Shown one piece after another: positions 53,955-64,000 of a DNA stretch of 64,000 nucleotides. This stretch comes from an uncultured Alphaproteobacteria bacterium (GTDB taxonomy: Bacteria; Pseudomonadota; Alphaproteobacteria; Rhizobiales; Methyloligellaceae). The translations under genes were made by a program, and so were the position numbers. Each line of letters starts with the position of its first letter. The stretch's first letter is position 1. The notes under the pieces are model-generated. The model was not told where the DNA came from. It saw nothing but the letters and a program-made list of their open reading frames with translations, and made no database searches. Where the stretch lies: the NCBI GenBank assembly GCA_942491645.1, contig CALOBK010000001.1:1870-65869 (forward strand), given 5' to 3'.

Positions 53955-54803
53955 TTATCCGCCCATTCCTTGAAAGGGCGAGGCTGGCGCTTCTTTGGAT
54001 TTGAAAAAGCTGGGCGACTTTTTCCGTCCTGCGACGAGATTCTTGACCGTGACGCGGGTTGTCAGCCCTTGGGCATCGGTAATTGTCCACGCGCGCAATT
54101 GGAGCTTGGTTCCGGCGTCGAAAGACAATTTGATATGGCCCGCGGTGCCTTTGCGGTCCTCCAGCGTAATGGCGAGAACATCGTTGTCCCGCTCCACGCC
54201 AATAATCCGTGCGTCCCCCCCAAGATCGACTTCGTCCGCGAGCAGGAGCCGGAATGGCGTCGATTTGATGGGGTATTTCTCGACAGTGTTGAGGCTCTTG
54301 TCTTCGATGGCCAGCGAATGGCCGTCGGCCACAATGCGCAGAGGACTGGGCGGGGCATAGTCGAATCGGATATTGCCCGGGCGCTTTACGTAGAAGCGGC
54401 CAGTTGAGCGCTTTTCGCTAGCGTCGGTCTGCTCGAACTGACCCTCTAACGTGGTGATGGCGTTGAAATAGCCGTTGATCTTGTCGACCGCGTCGGTTTG
54501 CGCCTTGCCGATCAAGGGCGTCGGCCCTTTCGAGGCCTCGATGGCGACCTGCCAGTTCGCGCCTTCGTCGACCTTCTGTGGGACGATTTCCTCGCCTGGC
54601 GCCGCATTTTCCGGCGCCACGACCTCTTGGCCGATGGAGGGGCGCAGTGCGCCTTGCGGCGTGGCTGCCTGTGGTGCTCCGGTCGCCGCGCCTGGTGATT
54701 TCGACACGGTCGAGGACGCGTTCTGGGCGTAGGCGAGCCCCAAGGTTAGGCTCAGTGCAATCGGCAAACTTGCCACAACCTTTGCGGCGTAGCCCTTTTT
54801 CAT
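53955..54803 (-). CDS. lolA: Outer-membrane lipoprotein carrier protein LolA family
   Basis: Signal peptide; GQFEQ, GRFYVKRPGNIRFDY, WTITDAQG; downstream of ftsK. Confidence 0.85.
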   Translation of the reverse strand: MKKGYAAKVVASLPIALSLTLGLAYAQNASSTVSKSPGAATGAPQAATPQGALRPSIGQEVVAPENAAPGEEIVPQKVDEGANWQVAIEASKGPTPLIGKAQTDAVDKINGYFNAITTLEGQFEQTDASEKRSTGRFYVKRPGNIRFDYAPPSPLRIVADGHSLAIEDKSLNTVEKYPIKSTPFRLLLADEVDLGGDARIIGVERDNDVLAITLEDRKGTAGHIKLSFDAGTKLQLRAWTITDAQGLTTRVTVKNLVAGRKKSPSFFKSKEAPASPFQGMGG

Positions 54804-54936
54804 GAAACCCCCTCGTCGTCGCCGGCCCGGCGCGGACGTCCATACGACAACATTCGATATATGATTCCGCAAAATCTGGTCAACTTGTTGGCGGCAGTTC
54901 ATTCACCGGGGCCGATTGACCGCTGATGATTGGCCG

Positions 54937-57456
54937 CTAATAGGGTGCGGTGGCTTCGTCGTTGCCCACCAAAATCTCACGCTTGCCGGCGTGATTGGCG
55001 GCGCCAATGAGGCCTTCCTTCTCCATACGCTCGATCAGAGTCGCAGCGCGATTATATCCGATCCCAAGGCGCCTCTGGATATAGCTGGTAGAAACTTTCC
55101 TGTCGCGTAAAACGACGGCCACGGCCTGATCGTAGATGTCGTTGCCGCTATCGCCGTACTCCTGAGGCCCGCCGTCCTTGTCCTCGTCGTCGTCGTCTTC
55201 GGTGATCGCATCCAGATAGGCCGGGACACCTTGCTTCTTCAGGTGGCGAACGACCTTCTCAACCTCCTCGTCGGACACGAATGGCCCGTGTACGCGGATA
55301 ATGCGGCCGCCACCGGCCATGTAGAGCATGTCGCCCTGGCCGAGGAGCTGCTCGGCACCCTGTTCGCCGAGGATGGTTCGGCTGTCAATTTTCGAGGTGA
55401 CCTGGAAACTGATTCGGGTTGGGAAGTTTGCCTTGATGGTCCCGGTGATGACGTCGACGCTCGGCCGCTGCGTTGCCGTGATGAGGTGAATGCCCGCCGC
55501 ACGGGCCATTTGCGCCAAGCGCTGCACAGCCGCTTCGATGTCTTTGCCCGCAACCATCATGAGATCTGCCATTTCATCGACAATCACGACGATGTAGGGC
55601 ATGGCCTCGTAGTCCATCTCCTCTTGTTCGTAGATGGCCTGGCCGCTCTCCCGGTCGAATCCGGTCTGCACGGTGCGCGTCAGGGTCTCGCCCTTGGCTT
55701 CGGCCTGCGCGATGCGCGCGTTGTAGCCTTTGATATCGCGCACACCGAGCTTGGACATGCGCTTGTAGCGCTCCTCCATCTCGCGCACCGTCCACTTCAG
55801 GGCGACAACGGCCTTTTTCGGGTCCGTGACCACAGGTGCTAACAGATGCGGAATCCCGTCATAGACCGACAGTTCCAGCATCTTCGGGTCGATCATGATG
55901 AATTTGCACTGCTCGGGCGACATGCTGAAGAGCAGAGACAGGATCATCGTGTTGATGCCGACCGATTTGCCGGAGCCCGTGGTGCCGGCGATGAGAAGAT
56001 GCGGCATGCGCGACAGATCCGCGACCATCGGCTCGCCGCCAATGGTCTTTCCGAGTGAGAGCGCAAGGCGCGCATCGGCGGATTGGAAGTCAGGCGATTC
56101 GAACAGCTCGCGCAGCATGACCATCTCGCGCCGCTCATTTGGAAGCTCAATGCCGATCGCGTTGCGGCCGGGAACCACGGCGACGCGCGTCGCGATCGCG
56201 CTCATTGAGCGCGCGATGTCGTCTGCAAGGCCAATCACCCGCGAGGATTTCGTGCCCGGCGCCGGCTCAAGCTCATAAAGCGTCACCACCGGGCCCGGGC
56301 GCACATTGGTAATCTCGCCCTTGACGCCGAAATCCTGAAGCACGCCTTCGAGCTCGCGGGCATTCTCTTGGAGGACTTCATCGCTGATACCGCTGCCACG
56401 GGCGGGGCGGGGCTTCGGCTGTAGAAGCTTCAACGACGGGGGGTCAAACGGCGTGCCCGGAAAGCCCGCAGGCATGTTTGCATGGCGCCGGACCGTCTTC
56501 TTCGTCTTCTTTTCGACGCGCGTGATGCGGTAGTCGGCCCCTGCGGTGTTCTCATCTGCCTCCTCGTCATATGGATCGCCTTCATAGGGTGGATCTCCCT
56601 CATAGAGGTTGTCGACGAGTGGGGCGGGGCCGAATGAGGGCTCGATGCGTCCATCGGTGTAGGTTAGCGCTTTTGGGGCCTCAAGCGGCTCATCAGGCTC
56701 AAGGTCTTCATCGGCGTCTGGTTCGAGGTCCACGTCCTCGTGCGCCTCCGTTGCCGGCTTGCGGCGGAACATGCGCTGCGCACGGGCGAAGCCATCAATC
56801 ACGAAATGCATGGCCGCGCCGACCCAGGCATTGGCCCACTCCTCCGCCGCATTGGCGCGGGGGGCCCACAAACCGATCAGTTTCGACGTGCTGGTGCCAC
56901 AGGCGAAGAACAGAAGCCCGAAACCGACGATGAGAAACACAAGGCCCGCCACAAACGACACGGCAGACTCGGGCAGAAAGGGGCCGATTACATGCGCGCC
57001 CGCCATGATGAAGTCGCCGAGGATCCCACCCAAACCGTTGGGCAGAGGCCAGCTCTTCGGCTGAGGGAGAGCAGCGAAGGCAGCGGAGAGCAAGAGCGCC
57101 GATATCGGCCAGGCAAGAAGCCGGTATTTGATCTTGTTCGGCACGGTTGCACTGACGAGATGCCAGCCCCAGGCTGCAACCGGCAAGAACAAGAATATCG
57201 CAGCAAGGCCGAGCGATTGAATCCCGAGATCCGCCGCAACCGCGCCCCAGCCACCAAGGAAATTGCTCGGCACAACGCGCGTTGCGTTGTTAAGGCTCGG
57301 ATCCTGCACGGACCAGCTCGCAAGGCTCACCCAAACGGCGCAGGCGCCGGCGATCAGGGAAAACCCATAGGTGCCGAAGATGAGACGGCGTAAGCCATTT
57401 TCCATGGCGCTTGGAAGAAGTCGCCGCTGTGTCGTCGATCGTCCTGTCGGTGCCAT
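54937..57456 (-). CDS. ftsK: DNA translocase FtsK
   Basis: N-terminal 4[19 protein letters not shown], gamma domain [17 protein letters not shown]. Confidence 0.97.
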   Translation of the reverse strand: MAPTGRSTTQRRLLPSAMENGLRRLIFGTYGFSLIAGACAVWVSLASWSVQDPSLNNATRVVPSNFLGGWGAVAADLGIQSLGLAAIFLFLPVAAWGWHLVSATVPNKIKYRLLAWPISALLLSAAFAALPQPKSWPLPNGLGGILGDFIMAGAHVIGPFLPESAVSFVAGLVFLIVGFGLLFFACGTSTSKLIGLWAPRANAAEEWANAWVGAAMHFVIDGFARAQRMFRRKPATEAHEDVDLEPDADEDLEPDEPLEAPKALTYTDGRIEPSFGPAPLVDNLYEGDPPYEGDPYDEEADENTAGADYRITRVEKKTKKTVRRHANMPAGFPGTPFDPPSLKLLQPKPRPARGSGISDEVLQENARELEGVLQDFGVKGEITNVRPGPVVTLYELEPAPGTKSSRVIGLADDIARSMSAIATRVAVVPGRNAIGIELPNERREMVMLRELFESPDFQSADARLALSLGKTIGGEPMVADLSRMPHLLIAGTTGSGKSVGINTMILSLLFSMSPEQCKFIMIDPKMLELSVYDGIPHLLAPVVTDPKKAVVALKWTVREMEERYKRMSKLGVRDIKGYNARIAQAEAKGETLTRTVQTGFDRESGQAIYEQEEMDYEAMPYIVVIVDEMADLMMVAGKDIEAAVQRLAQMARAAGIHLITATQRPSVDVITGTIKANFPTRISFQVTSKIDSRTILGEQGAEQLLGQGDMLYMAGGGRIIRVHGPFVSDEEVEKVVRHLKKQGVPAYLDAITEDDDDEDKDGGPQEYGDSGNDIYDQAVAVVLRDRKVSTSYIQRRLGIGYNRAATLIERMEKEGLIGAANHAGKREILVGNDEATAPY

Positions 57457-57460
57457 CCTT

Positions 57461-58675
57461 CTAACCCAATGTGGCGACGATGCGCGTAAGGCCCTCGCGC
57501 GTTGTCTTGGCGTCATGTACGAGCGCAAGCCGAATGAAATCCAGGCCTGGATTTGCTTGGCCAGCTTGCGGCTTCGTGAGATAGGCCCCTGGGAGGACTT
57601 TGACACCACACCCTTTCCAAAGGGTTTTCGTGACAGCTTCTCCACCCCCGAATTCGGCCATGTTCAGCCATAGGAAAAAGCCGCCATCGGGCCGGCCATA
57701 GCCGAAGCGCCGCCCCAAAATCGCGTCCGCAACCTCGAAATTGGCGCAATAGAAGGCTCGTCCGGCCTCGACATGGGCCTCGTCTGCCCAGGCAGCAGCC
57801 GAAACATGCTGAATTGGCAGCGGCACTTGCGGACAGGCCACATTCCGGAAGCGCTTGAAGGCATCGATGAAGTGCGAATCGCCTGCGATGAACCCGGAAC
57901 GTAGTCCCGGCAGGCCAGAGCGCTTCGACAGAGACTGAAACGACAGAACGTTGTGCAGGCTCCCCGTCAGGCTTTTAGCCACCTCAAGGGCTCCAGGCGG
58001 AGGCTGATCCGTGAAGATTTCCGAATAGCACTCATCGGCGAAAAGCAAGAAATCATGGGCTCTCGCCAGCGTGATCGCCTCGGACAGATAGGCGGCCGAG
58101 GCGACCGCACCTTCCGGGTTCGACGGCGAGCACAGAAAGAGCGCGATTGTCCGCTCAAGAACCGAGGCCTCGATTGTCTCAAGCACGGGGAGGAATCGGG
58201 TCTGTTCGCTTGAGGGCAGAAAGACGGGTGTTGCGCCCGCTGCGGCCGTGGCTGCCGCATAGACTTGATAAAACGGGTTCGGGATCAGGACCACGGGCTT
58301 TGCGATAGCAGGCTTTTGGGTTCGCGCCGGAAAAATCGCCGAAAACAGGCCCTCACGCGAGCCGTTCAGCGGCAGGATGTGGGTTTCCGGGTCGATGCAT
58401 GCGCCAAGTGCCGGATAGCGCCGGACCATCCAATCGGCAATGGCCTGCCGTAAAGGCGCGATCCCGGCAATGGGCGGATATTTCCCGAAACTCTCCAAAT
58501 GTGCCTCGAGCACTGGCTGTACAAAAGCCGGTAGCGACGCGTGTGGCTCGCCGAGAGAGAAATTCAGGGGCTCCGCGCCGGGCGCTAGTCCGTCTAGCAG
58601 AGCGGCGAGGCGTGCAAACGGCGAGCGGACAACAGCATCAAGCGTCGGCGCGGACGGGGTCTCGGGTTCTGCCAT
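57461..58675 (-). CDS. Class I/II PLP aminotransferase (DapC-like)
   Basis: [35 protein letters not shown]. Confidence 0.9.
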   Translation of the reverse strand: MAEPETPSAPTLDAVVRSPFARLAALLDGLAPGAEPLNFSLGEPHASLPAFVQPVLEAHLESFGKYPPIAGIAPLRQAIADWMVRRYPALGACIDPETHILPLNGSREGLFSAIFPARTQKPAIAKPVVLIPNPFYQVYAAATAAAGATPVFLPSSEQTRFLPVLETIEASVLERTIALFLCSPSNPEGAVASAAYLSEAITLARAHDFLLFADECYSEIFTDQPPPGALEVAKSLTGSLHNVLSFQSLSKRSGLPGLRSGFIAGDSHFIDAFKRFRNVACPQVPLPIQHVSAAAWADEAHVEAGRAFYCANFEVADAILGRRFGYGRPDGGFFLWLNMAEFGGGEAVTKTLWKGCGVKVLPGAYLTKPQAGQANPGLDFIRLALVHDAKTTREGLTRIVATLG

Positions 58676-58789
58676 GGCATTAGGGGTCATGGCGTTGGGT
58701 GTTAGGCCAACAGGGGCCGCGCGGCAATGGCGCAAGGTTGCGCAAGGGATCTGCGAGAAGCTCTACCGACAGTGGACTTTCTGGCTGCA

Positions 58790-58905
58790 AATGAAAGAAC
58801 CCCGGCGCTTGTGACGCCGGGGTTCAAGGTGGAGCTAGAGTTCAAGGGAGGAGGAGACCTAACTCAAATTCTCCACTGTTCTTATCCCTCTGTTTCTAAT
58901 CGAAG
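58790..58905 (-). ncRNA. Candidate amtB 3'-UTR sRNA with a CCUCCUCCC loop
   Basis: Hairpin 58829-58876 presents CCTCCTCCC (58846-58854) and is followed by the terminator. Confidence 0.55.
58797..58825 (-). terminator. Intrinsic terminator of glnK-amtB
   Basis: GAACCCCGGCG-tcacaag-CGCCGGGGTTC followed by TTTCATTT on the minus strand. Confidence 0.85.
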
Positions 58906-58907
58906 GC

Positions 58908-60260
58908 TTATTGAACAACCTCGCCATGGAGGTTGATATCGAGGCCTTCGATTTCGACAGGTTCGCTCACCCGAACGCCAACGAGAATGTTGGTGATGAT
59001 CAGGATCACGAAGGTTGCGATGGCGCACCAGACGACGGTGGCCACGATACCCCAGACCTGCGTGAGGACCTGACCCGGGTTGCCTTCGAGCAAGCCGGCG
59101 GTGCCGCCGATTGCTTCGACTGCGAACACACCCGTCAGGATCGCGCCGACGATGCCGCCGACGCCATGGATACCCCAGACGTCGAGCGAGTCGTCATAGC
59201 CAAGCGCCTTCTTCACCGTGGTCGACATGAAGAAGCAGATCAAGCCAGCAGCCGCACCGATCCACAGCGCGCCCCAGGCATCGACGAAGCCGCAAGCCGG
59301 GGTGATCGCCACGAGACCTGCGATCGCACCCGAAAGGATCCCGAGCACGGATGGCTTTTTATGGACGATCCATTCGACGAACATCCAGGCAAGAGCAGCC
59401 GCCGCGGTAGCAATCTGGGTCACGGCCATCGCCATGCCAGCCCCGCCATTGGCTCCAACTGCCGAACCGGCATTAAAGCCGAACCAGCCGACCCACAGAA
59501 GCGAGGCACCAATCAGGCTCAAGACCAGATTGTGTGGCGCCATGTTCTCGGTGCCATAGCCGATGCGCTTGCCGAGGAAGATGCAGCAGACAAGACCGGC
59601 TACACCGGCGTTGATGTGCACCACGGTGCCGCCAGCGAAGTCGAGCACGCCGTCTTCGGAGAGGAAGCCGCCGCCCCAGACCCAGTGACAGACCGGGACG
59701 TAGACGATCAGCGCCCAAAGCACCATGAAGATGCATACAGCAGAAAACTTCATGCGATCGGCAAACGCGCCGACGATGAGGGCTGGCGTGATGGCGAAGA
59801 ACGTCATCTGGAAGGTGAAGAACACGGTTTCAGGGATCGTCCCGCTCAGCGTGTCGACACCGACGCCTGCGAGGAACATCTTCGACAAGCCGCCCACATA
59901 GGCATTAACCGACCCGCCGTCGGTGAAGGCCAGCGAGTAACCGCAGATGAGCCAAACGACCGACATCAAGCAGACGATCGCGAAGACCTGCATCAGCACG
60001 GCCAGTACGCCCTTCTTGCGGACCATGCCGCCATAGAAGAGTGCGAGGCCCGGGATGGCCATCATCAGAACGAGACAGGTCGATACGAGCATCCAGGCCG
60101 TATCGCCAGTATCGAGCTTGGCAGTCTCTTCGGCAACTTCCGCAAGCGGCTCTGCCCCTTCGGCAGCGGCCTCCTGCGCGAGCGCCGGATCGATGTGGTA
60201 GAGCGCCAGCAGTAGGAGCGCCGCGACCACGCCGAATAGATACTTGGCATAGGTCGTCAT
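58908..60260 (-). CDS. amtB: Ammonium transporter
   Basis: PGLALFYGG, DFAGGTVVHINAG, GWFGFNAGS, DDSLDVWGIHG. Confidence 0.97.
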   Translation of the reverse strand: MTTYAKYLFGVVAALLLLALYHIDPALAQEAAAEGAEPLAEVAEETAKLDTGDTAWMLVSTCLVLMMAIPGLALFYGGMVRKKGVLAVLMQVFAIVCLMSVVWLICGYSLAFTDGGSVNAYVGGLSKMFLAGVGVDTLSGTIPETVFFTFQMTFFAITPALIVGAFADRMKFSAVCIFMVLWALIVYVPVCHWVWGGGFLSEDGVLDFAGGTVVHINAGVAGLVCCIFLGKRIGYGTENMAPHNLVLSLIGASLLWVGWFGFNAGSAVGANGGAGMAMAVTQIATAAAALAWMFVEWIVHKKPSVLGILSGAIAGLVAITPACGFVDAWGALWIGAAAGLICFFMSTTVKKALGYDDSLDVWGIHGVGGIVGAILTGVFAVEAIGGTAGLLEGNPGQVLTQVWGIVATVVWCAIATFVILIITNILVGVRVSEPVEIEGLDINLHGEVVQ

Positions 60261-60277
60261 GTTAAATTCTCCCCCTC

Positions 60278-60664
<387 letters not shown>

Positions 60665-60696
60665 TCAAGTTCAGCCGTGCGAACCCGATTCCATAG

Positions 60697-60712
60697 TCAA
60701 GCTACGTGCCAA
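60697..60712 (-). promoter_or_regulatory. Sigma54 -24/-12 promoter of glnK-amtB
   Basis: TTGGCACGTAGCTTGA on the minus strand (-12 reads GA rather than GC). Confidence 0.7.
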
Positions 60713-60799
60713 CTCTTCGGTGGGAGGCACAAGATCTTGTTTTTAATAAGTTTTTTACAATTAAAAGGGGTGCAGTGCTCTGGTTGAGCACGGCATTCA

Positions 60800-60845
60800 C
60801 GCGCGAAAAGAGGGCAATTAGGACTGTCTGCCTACTTTTTAGGCT
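60800..60845. promoter_or_regulatory. Tandem NtrC-like enhancer sites
   Basis: 17-mers rc TGCCCTCTTTTCGCGCG (60800-60816) and TGCCTACTTTTTAGGCT (60829-60845); an AT-rich tract at 60735-60766 lies between them and the promoter. Confidence 0.55.
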
Positions 60846-61710
60846 ATTTCTCCGGCGTTCTCTCACGCACAAGGCCCTCTTGGGCCGTTGAGGCCACCAG
60901 ACGGCCATCGCGCGTGAAGAAGGTTCCGCGGCAAAAGGCCCGCGCTGCGCCTGAAATTGGGCTGTCCTGGGCGTAGAGCAGCCACTCGTCGGCCCGGAAC
61001 GGCGCGTGGAACCACAGCGCGTGGTCAAGGCTTGCCAGCATCAGATTGGGGTCGAATACGAAGCGCCCGTGGGGCACGAGCGCCGTATCGAGCAGGGTAA
61101 AGTCGGAGGCGTAGGCCAACACGCATTGGTGCAATGCAGGATCCTGGCCGAGATCCCCGGTCGCCCGGATCCAAATCAGCTGGCTCGGCTCCCGTTTGTC
61201 TGGCGAGAGGTACCGAGACAGGTCCACGGGGCGCATTTCGATCGGCCGCTCGGCCTGCCAGTAAGCCTTGACCAGCGGTGGCAGCCTGTCGATCAGCGTC
61301 TCAGTGAGCTCTGTTTCATTTGGAACGTCCTCAGGCGGAGGGACGTCAGGCATCGCCATTTGATGTTCAAGCCCGTCCTCTTCCTTGTGGAATGAGGCGG
61401 CCATCGAAAAAATGGCCCGGCCATGCTGAATCGCAACAACCCGGCGCGTGGAGAAGCTTTTTCCGTCTCGGATTCGATCGACGTCGTAGATTATGGGAAC
61501 GGCTGGATCGCCTGCGCACAAAAAATAGGCATGAAGGGAATGTGCCGCGCGACCGTCCACTGTTCGCTGGGCCGCGACCAGGGCCTGTCCAATGACCTGC
61601 CCCCCAAAGACGCGTTGCCAGCCCACCTGCGGACTCAAACCGCGATAGAGATTGCGTTCGAGCGGTTCCAGATCGAGGATCGATATGAGTTCATCAACCG
61701 CGGCGCTCAT
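60844..61710 (-). CDS. tesB: Acyl-CoA thioesterase II
   Basis: VFGGQVIGQAL, HSLHAYFL, AYASD, SLDHALWFH, QEGL. Confidence 0.95.
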   Translation of the reverse strand: MSAAVDELISILDLEPLERNLYRGLSPQVGWQRVFGGQVIGQALVAAQRTVDGRAAHSLHAYFLCAGDPAVPIIYDVDRIRDGKSFSTRRVVAIQHGRAIFSMAASFHKEEDGLEHQMAMPDVPPPEDVPNETELTETLIDRLPPLVKAYWQAERPIEMRPVDLSRYLSPDKREPSQLIWIRATGDLGQDPALHQCVLAYASDFTLLDTALVPHGRFVFDPNLMLASLDHALWFHAPFRADEWLLYAQDSPISGAARAFCRGTFFTRDGRLVASTAQEGLVRERTPEK

Positions 61711-61873
61711 GGGTCTGGCCTCTTTCTTTGTGTCTTTTGGGTTTCAAACCCGGCAAAGCCCTTAGCAGGTCCGAGCCCGTGTAGGAAAGCCGCAGCGATA
61801 GGGCGTTTCGAGCGCATGGGGGCTTAGTGGGACCATGAGTGGCGCGATTGCGCCTGCTCGCCTATAGAGATGT

Positions 61874-63136
61874 GTGTCGCAGATCCCTAACTCCACACGG
61901 CCCGATGTCCATCGCGGGTGCCGCATCGTTATTGCCGGCGGCGGATTTGCCGGCGGCACCCTGGCCTTGGCCTTGGCGACGCTTGCCCCAAAAATCTGCC
62001 ACGTGACGCTTGTGGACGCGGCCCCAAAGAATGCCGCCCCTCGGGACGAAGCGCGCGGCCTTGCGCTGTCGGCGGCCTCGAAGAGCCTCTTGGAGGCTGT
62101 CGGGCTTTGGCCGGATCTGGCTGCAGGCGCACAACCCATCCAGTCGATTGAAATCACCGATAGCCCGCTAAATGCGGCCTTGCGCCCGCATGTCTTAGGG
62201 TTCGACGACGAGATGGGGGGCAAGGGAATGCAGGCCAATTTGGTTGAGGCTGGTAGGCTGCTCAAGACAATCTCTGATGCTGTGGCATCGCACCCATCGA
62301 TTGAATTGATCTCCCCGGACGCGGTCGAGAGTTTTTCGCCGGACCCATTTGGTGTCGACATTCGCCTTGCTGGGGGAAGGACGTTGCGCGCGGCCCTGCT
62401 CGTTGCCGCCGATGGCAAGAACTCGCGTTTGAGGGAGCGTGCAGGCATCAAATGTATCGGCTGGTCGTACCCGCAAAAGGGCATCGTTGCGACCATCGCC
62501 CATGAGCACCCTCATCGCGGCCGTGCCGTGCAGCACTTCCTGCCCGCAGGCCCCTTCGCCATCCTTCCGCTTCAGGGCAATCGGTCTTCCATCGTGTGGT
62601 CGGAAGACGAGGACAAGGCCGAGGCGCTGATGAACGGTGCGCCGGAAGACTTCATGGCTGCACTCACGCGCCGATTCGGACACCGGCTCGGCGCCTTCAC
62701 GCTAGAGGGCAAGCCGCAGTCGTTCCCGCTCGTTTTTCAAATGGCGCGCGCCTTTATCGGCAACCGACTCGTGCTGGTAGGGGATGCCGCGCATGTGGTG
62801 CACCCGCTGGCTGGCCAGGGTCTGAATATCGGCTTCCGGGATGTGGCCGCTTTGGTTGAGACAATTGTCGATACGGCGCGGCTTGGGCTCGATGTTGGTT
62901 CGGCCACCAGCCTTGAGCGCTATCAACGATGGCGGCGCTTCGATGCCGCCTTCTCTGGTGCGGTCATGGATGGGATGAACAGGCTCTTCTCAAACGATAG
63001 CGCGCCGCTGCGCGCCATCCGTGATCTCGGTGTCGGGCTTGTCGACCGTGCCCCAAGCCTGAAACGATTTTTGGTGCGTGAGGCAGCCGGTGCCACCGGC
63101 GACGTGCCACGCTTGATGAAGGGCGAGGCCCTCTAG
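61874..63136 (+). CDS. UbiH/UbiL/COQ6-family FAD hydroxylase
   Basis: GGGFAG, AADG..S.LR, GDAAHVVHPLAGQGLNIG. Confidence 0.9.
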   Translation: MSQIPNSTRPDVHRGCRIVIAGGGFAGGTLALALATLAPKICHVTLVDAAPKNAAPRDEARGLALSAASKSLLEAVGLWPDLAAGAQPIQSIEITDSPLNAALRPHVLGFDDEMGGKGMQANLVEAGRLLKTISDAVASHPSIELISPDAVESFSPDPFGVDIRLAGGRTLRAALLVAADGKNSRLRERAGIKCIGWSYPQKGIVATIAHEHPHRGRAVQHFLPAGPFAILPLQGNRSSIVWSEDEDKAEALMNGAPEDFMAALTRRFGHRLGAFTLEGKPQSFPLVFQMARAFIGNRLVLVGDAAHVVHPLAGQGLNIGFRDVAALVETIVDTARLGLDVGSATSLERYQRWRRFDAAFSGAVMDGMNRLFSNDSAPLRAIRDLGVGLVDRAPSLKRFLVREAAGATGDVPRLMKGEAL

Positions 63137-63160
63137 CCCGCGGAAGGACGCCCCCTTTCG

Positions 63161-64000
63161 ATGCCGCAGCCCTTCGTCACCCGATTCGCACCCTCGCCGA
63201 CGGGTCTCCTCCATCTCGGCCATGCTTTTTCCGCGTTGACCGCATGGGACGCCGCCGATCGAGCCGGGGGCACCTGTCTTCTGCGCATTGAGGACATCGA
63301 TGCCGCGCGCGTGCGACCGCAATATGAGGCGGCGATCTACGAAGATCTGGCTTGGCTTGGATTAAGTTGGCCCGAACCCGTCATGCGGCAGTCGGAACGG
63401 CGCAACGCCTATGCCGTGGCGCTCGAGAAACTTGGTGGCCTTGGTCTCACCTATCCGTGCCGCTGTACGCGCGCCGATATTCGGGCGGCCCTCGCCGCCC
63501 CTCAGGAAACAGTGCCTCAAGAGTTCGTGCCGGCCGAGGCAGCGGCGCAAGCGGCCCGTAGCCAACCATTCGGTCCGGTCTACCCCGGCACGTGCCGGGG
63601 TCGCAGGCTCGCCGATAGTGGGCCAGGCGATGCGATCCGGCTTGACCTCAGCCGAGCCTTGGACCACCTTAACCGACAGGCACTCACCTGGTGTGAGACG
63701 GGTCCGGCAAGGCCGGGCGCGCACATGCTCGACCCAGACACAATGCTGCAGCAGGTCGGCGATGTGGTTCTGGCGCGCAAGGATATCGGCGCGGCGGCCT
63801 ATCACCTCTCCGTCGTCGTCGACGATGCCGCCCAAGGCATCACGCATATCATTCGTGGCGAGGATCTCTGTGAGGCAACACCCATCCACCGTCTGCTGCA
63901 GGCACTACTGGACCTGCCAGTACCGGTCTGGCATCACCACGCGCTTGTTCGCGACGAGGCCGGCAAACGTCTTGCTAAACGCGACGACGCACGTGCGATC
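63161..64000 (+). CDS. gluQ: tRNA glutamyl-Q(34) synthetase, 3'-truncated by window edge
   Basis: MPQPFVTRFAPSPTGLLHLGH, LRIEDID, YPCRCTR, IRGEDL, KRLAKR; absent from the ORF track because no stop falls in the window. Confidence 0.9.
   Translation, partial: MPQPFVTRFAPSPTGLLHLGHAFSALTAWDAADRAGGTCLLRIEDIDAARVRPQYEAAIYEDLAWLGLSWPEPVMRQSERRNAYAVALEKLGGLGLTYPCRCTRADIRAALAAPQETVPQEFVPAEAAAQAARSQPFGPVYPGTCRGRRLADSGPGDAIRLDLSRALDHLNRQALTWCETGPARPGAHMLDPDTMLQQVGDVVLARKDIGAAAYHLSVVVDDAAQGITHIIRGEDLCEATPIHRLLQALLDLPVPVWHHHALVRDEAGKRLAKRDDARAI

Noticed and set aside
58673-58705. Imperfect 15-bp duplication (TPNAM x2) at the aminotransferase start
   Set aside because: It is a short local duplication that only affects start assignment.

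Overview
High-GC alphaproteobacterial chromosome segment. It is Hyphomicrobiales/Rhizobiales-like and possibly Methyloceanibacter-like; this is inferred from gene order and protein style only. The window spans the replication origin region: maf-aroE-coaE-dnaQ and the DUF299/PDRP gene diverge from hemE-hemJ-rho across a DnaA-box/AT-rich interval (oriC), followed by mnmE-mnmG-rsmG-parA-parB with two clear parS sites and one weak one. The rest is mostly core genes: rlmN, argG, typA, dapB, gpmA, nth, coaA, hisBHAFE, hslVU, secB/tim44/mltA/smr, pyrE, holA-lptE-leuS, cenR, xth-lolA-ftsK, glnK-amtB, tesB and gluQ. I saw no tRNA, rRNA, CRISPR array, transposase, phage or defence genes, and I cannot support a new multi-gene system. 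The best unexplained signals are non-coding. They are a CCUCCUCCC anti-SD hairpin plus terminator in the amtB 3' UTR, a three-hairpin sRNA candidate with its own promoter between lolA and xth, perfect CtrA boxes inside parB and at an apparently orphan intergenic site, and a perfect 15-bp hairpin upstream of a doubly frameshifted PepSY-like gene. Several accessory genes are broken while the core genes read through intact.
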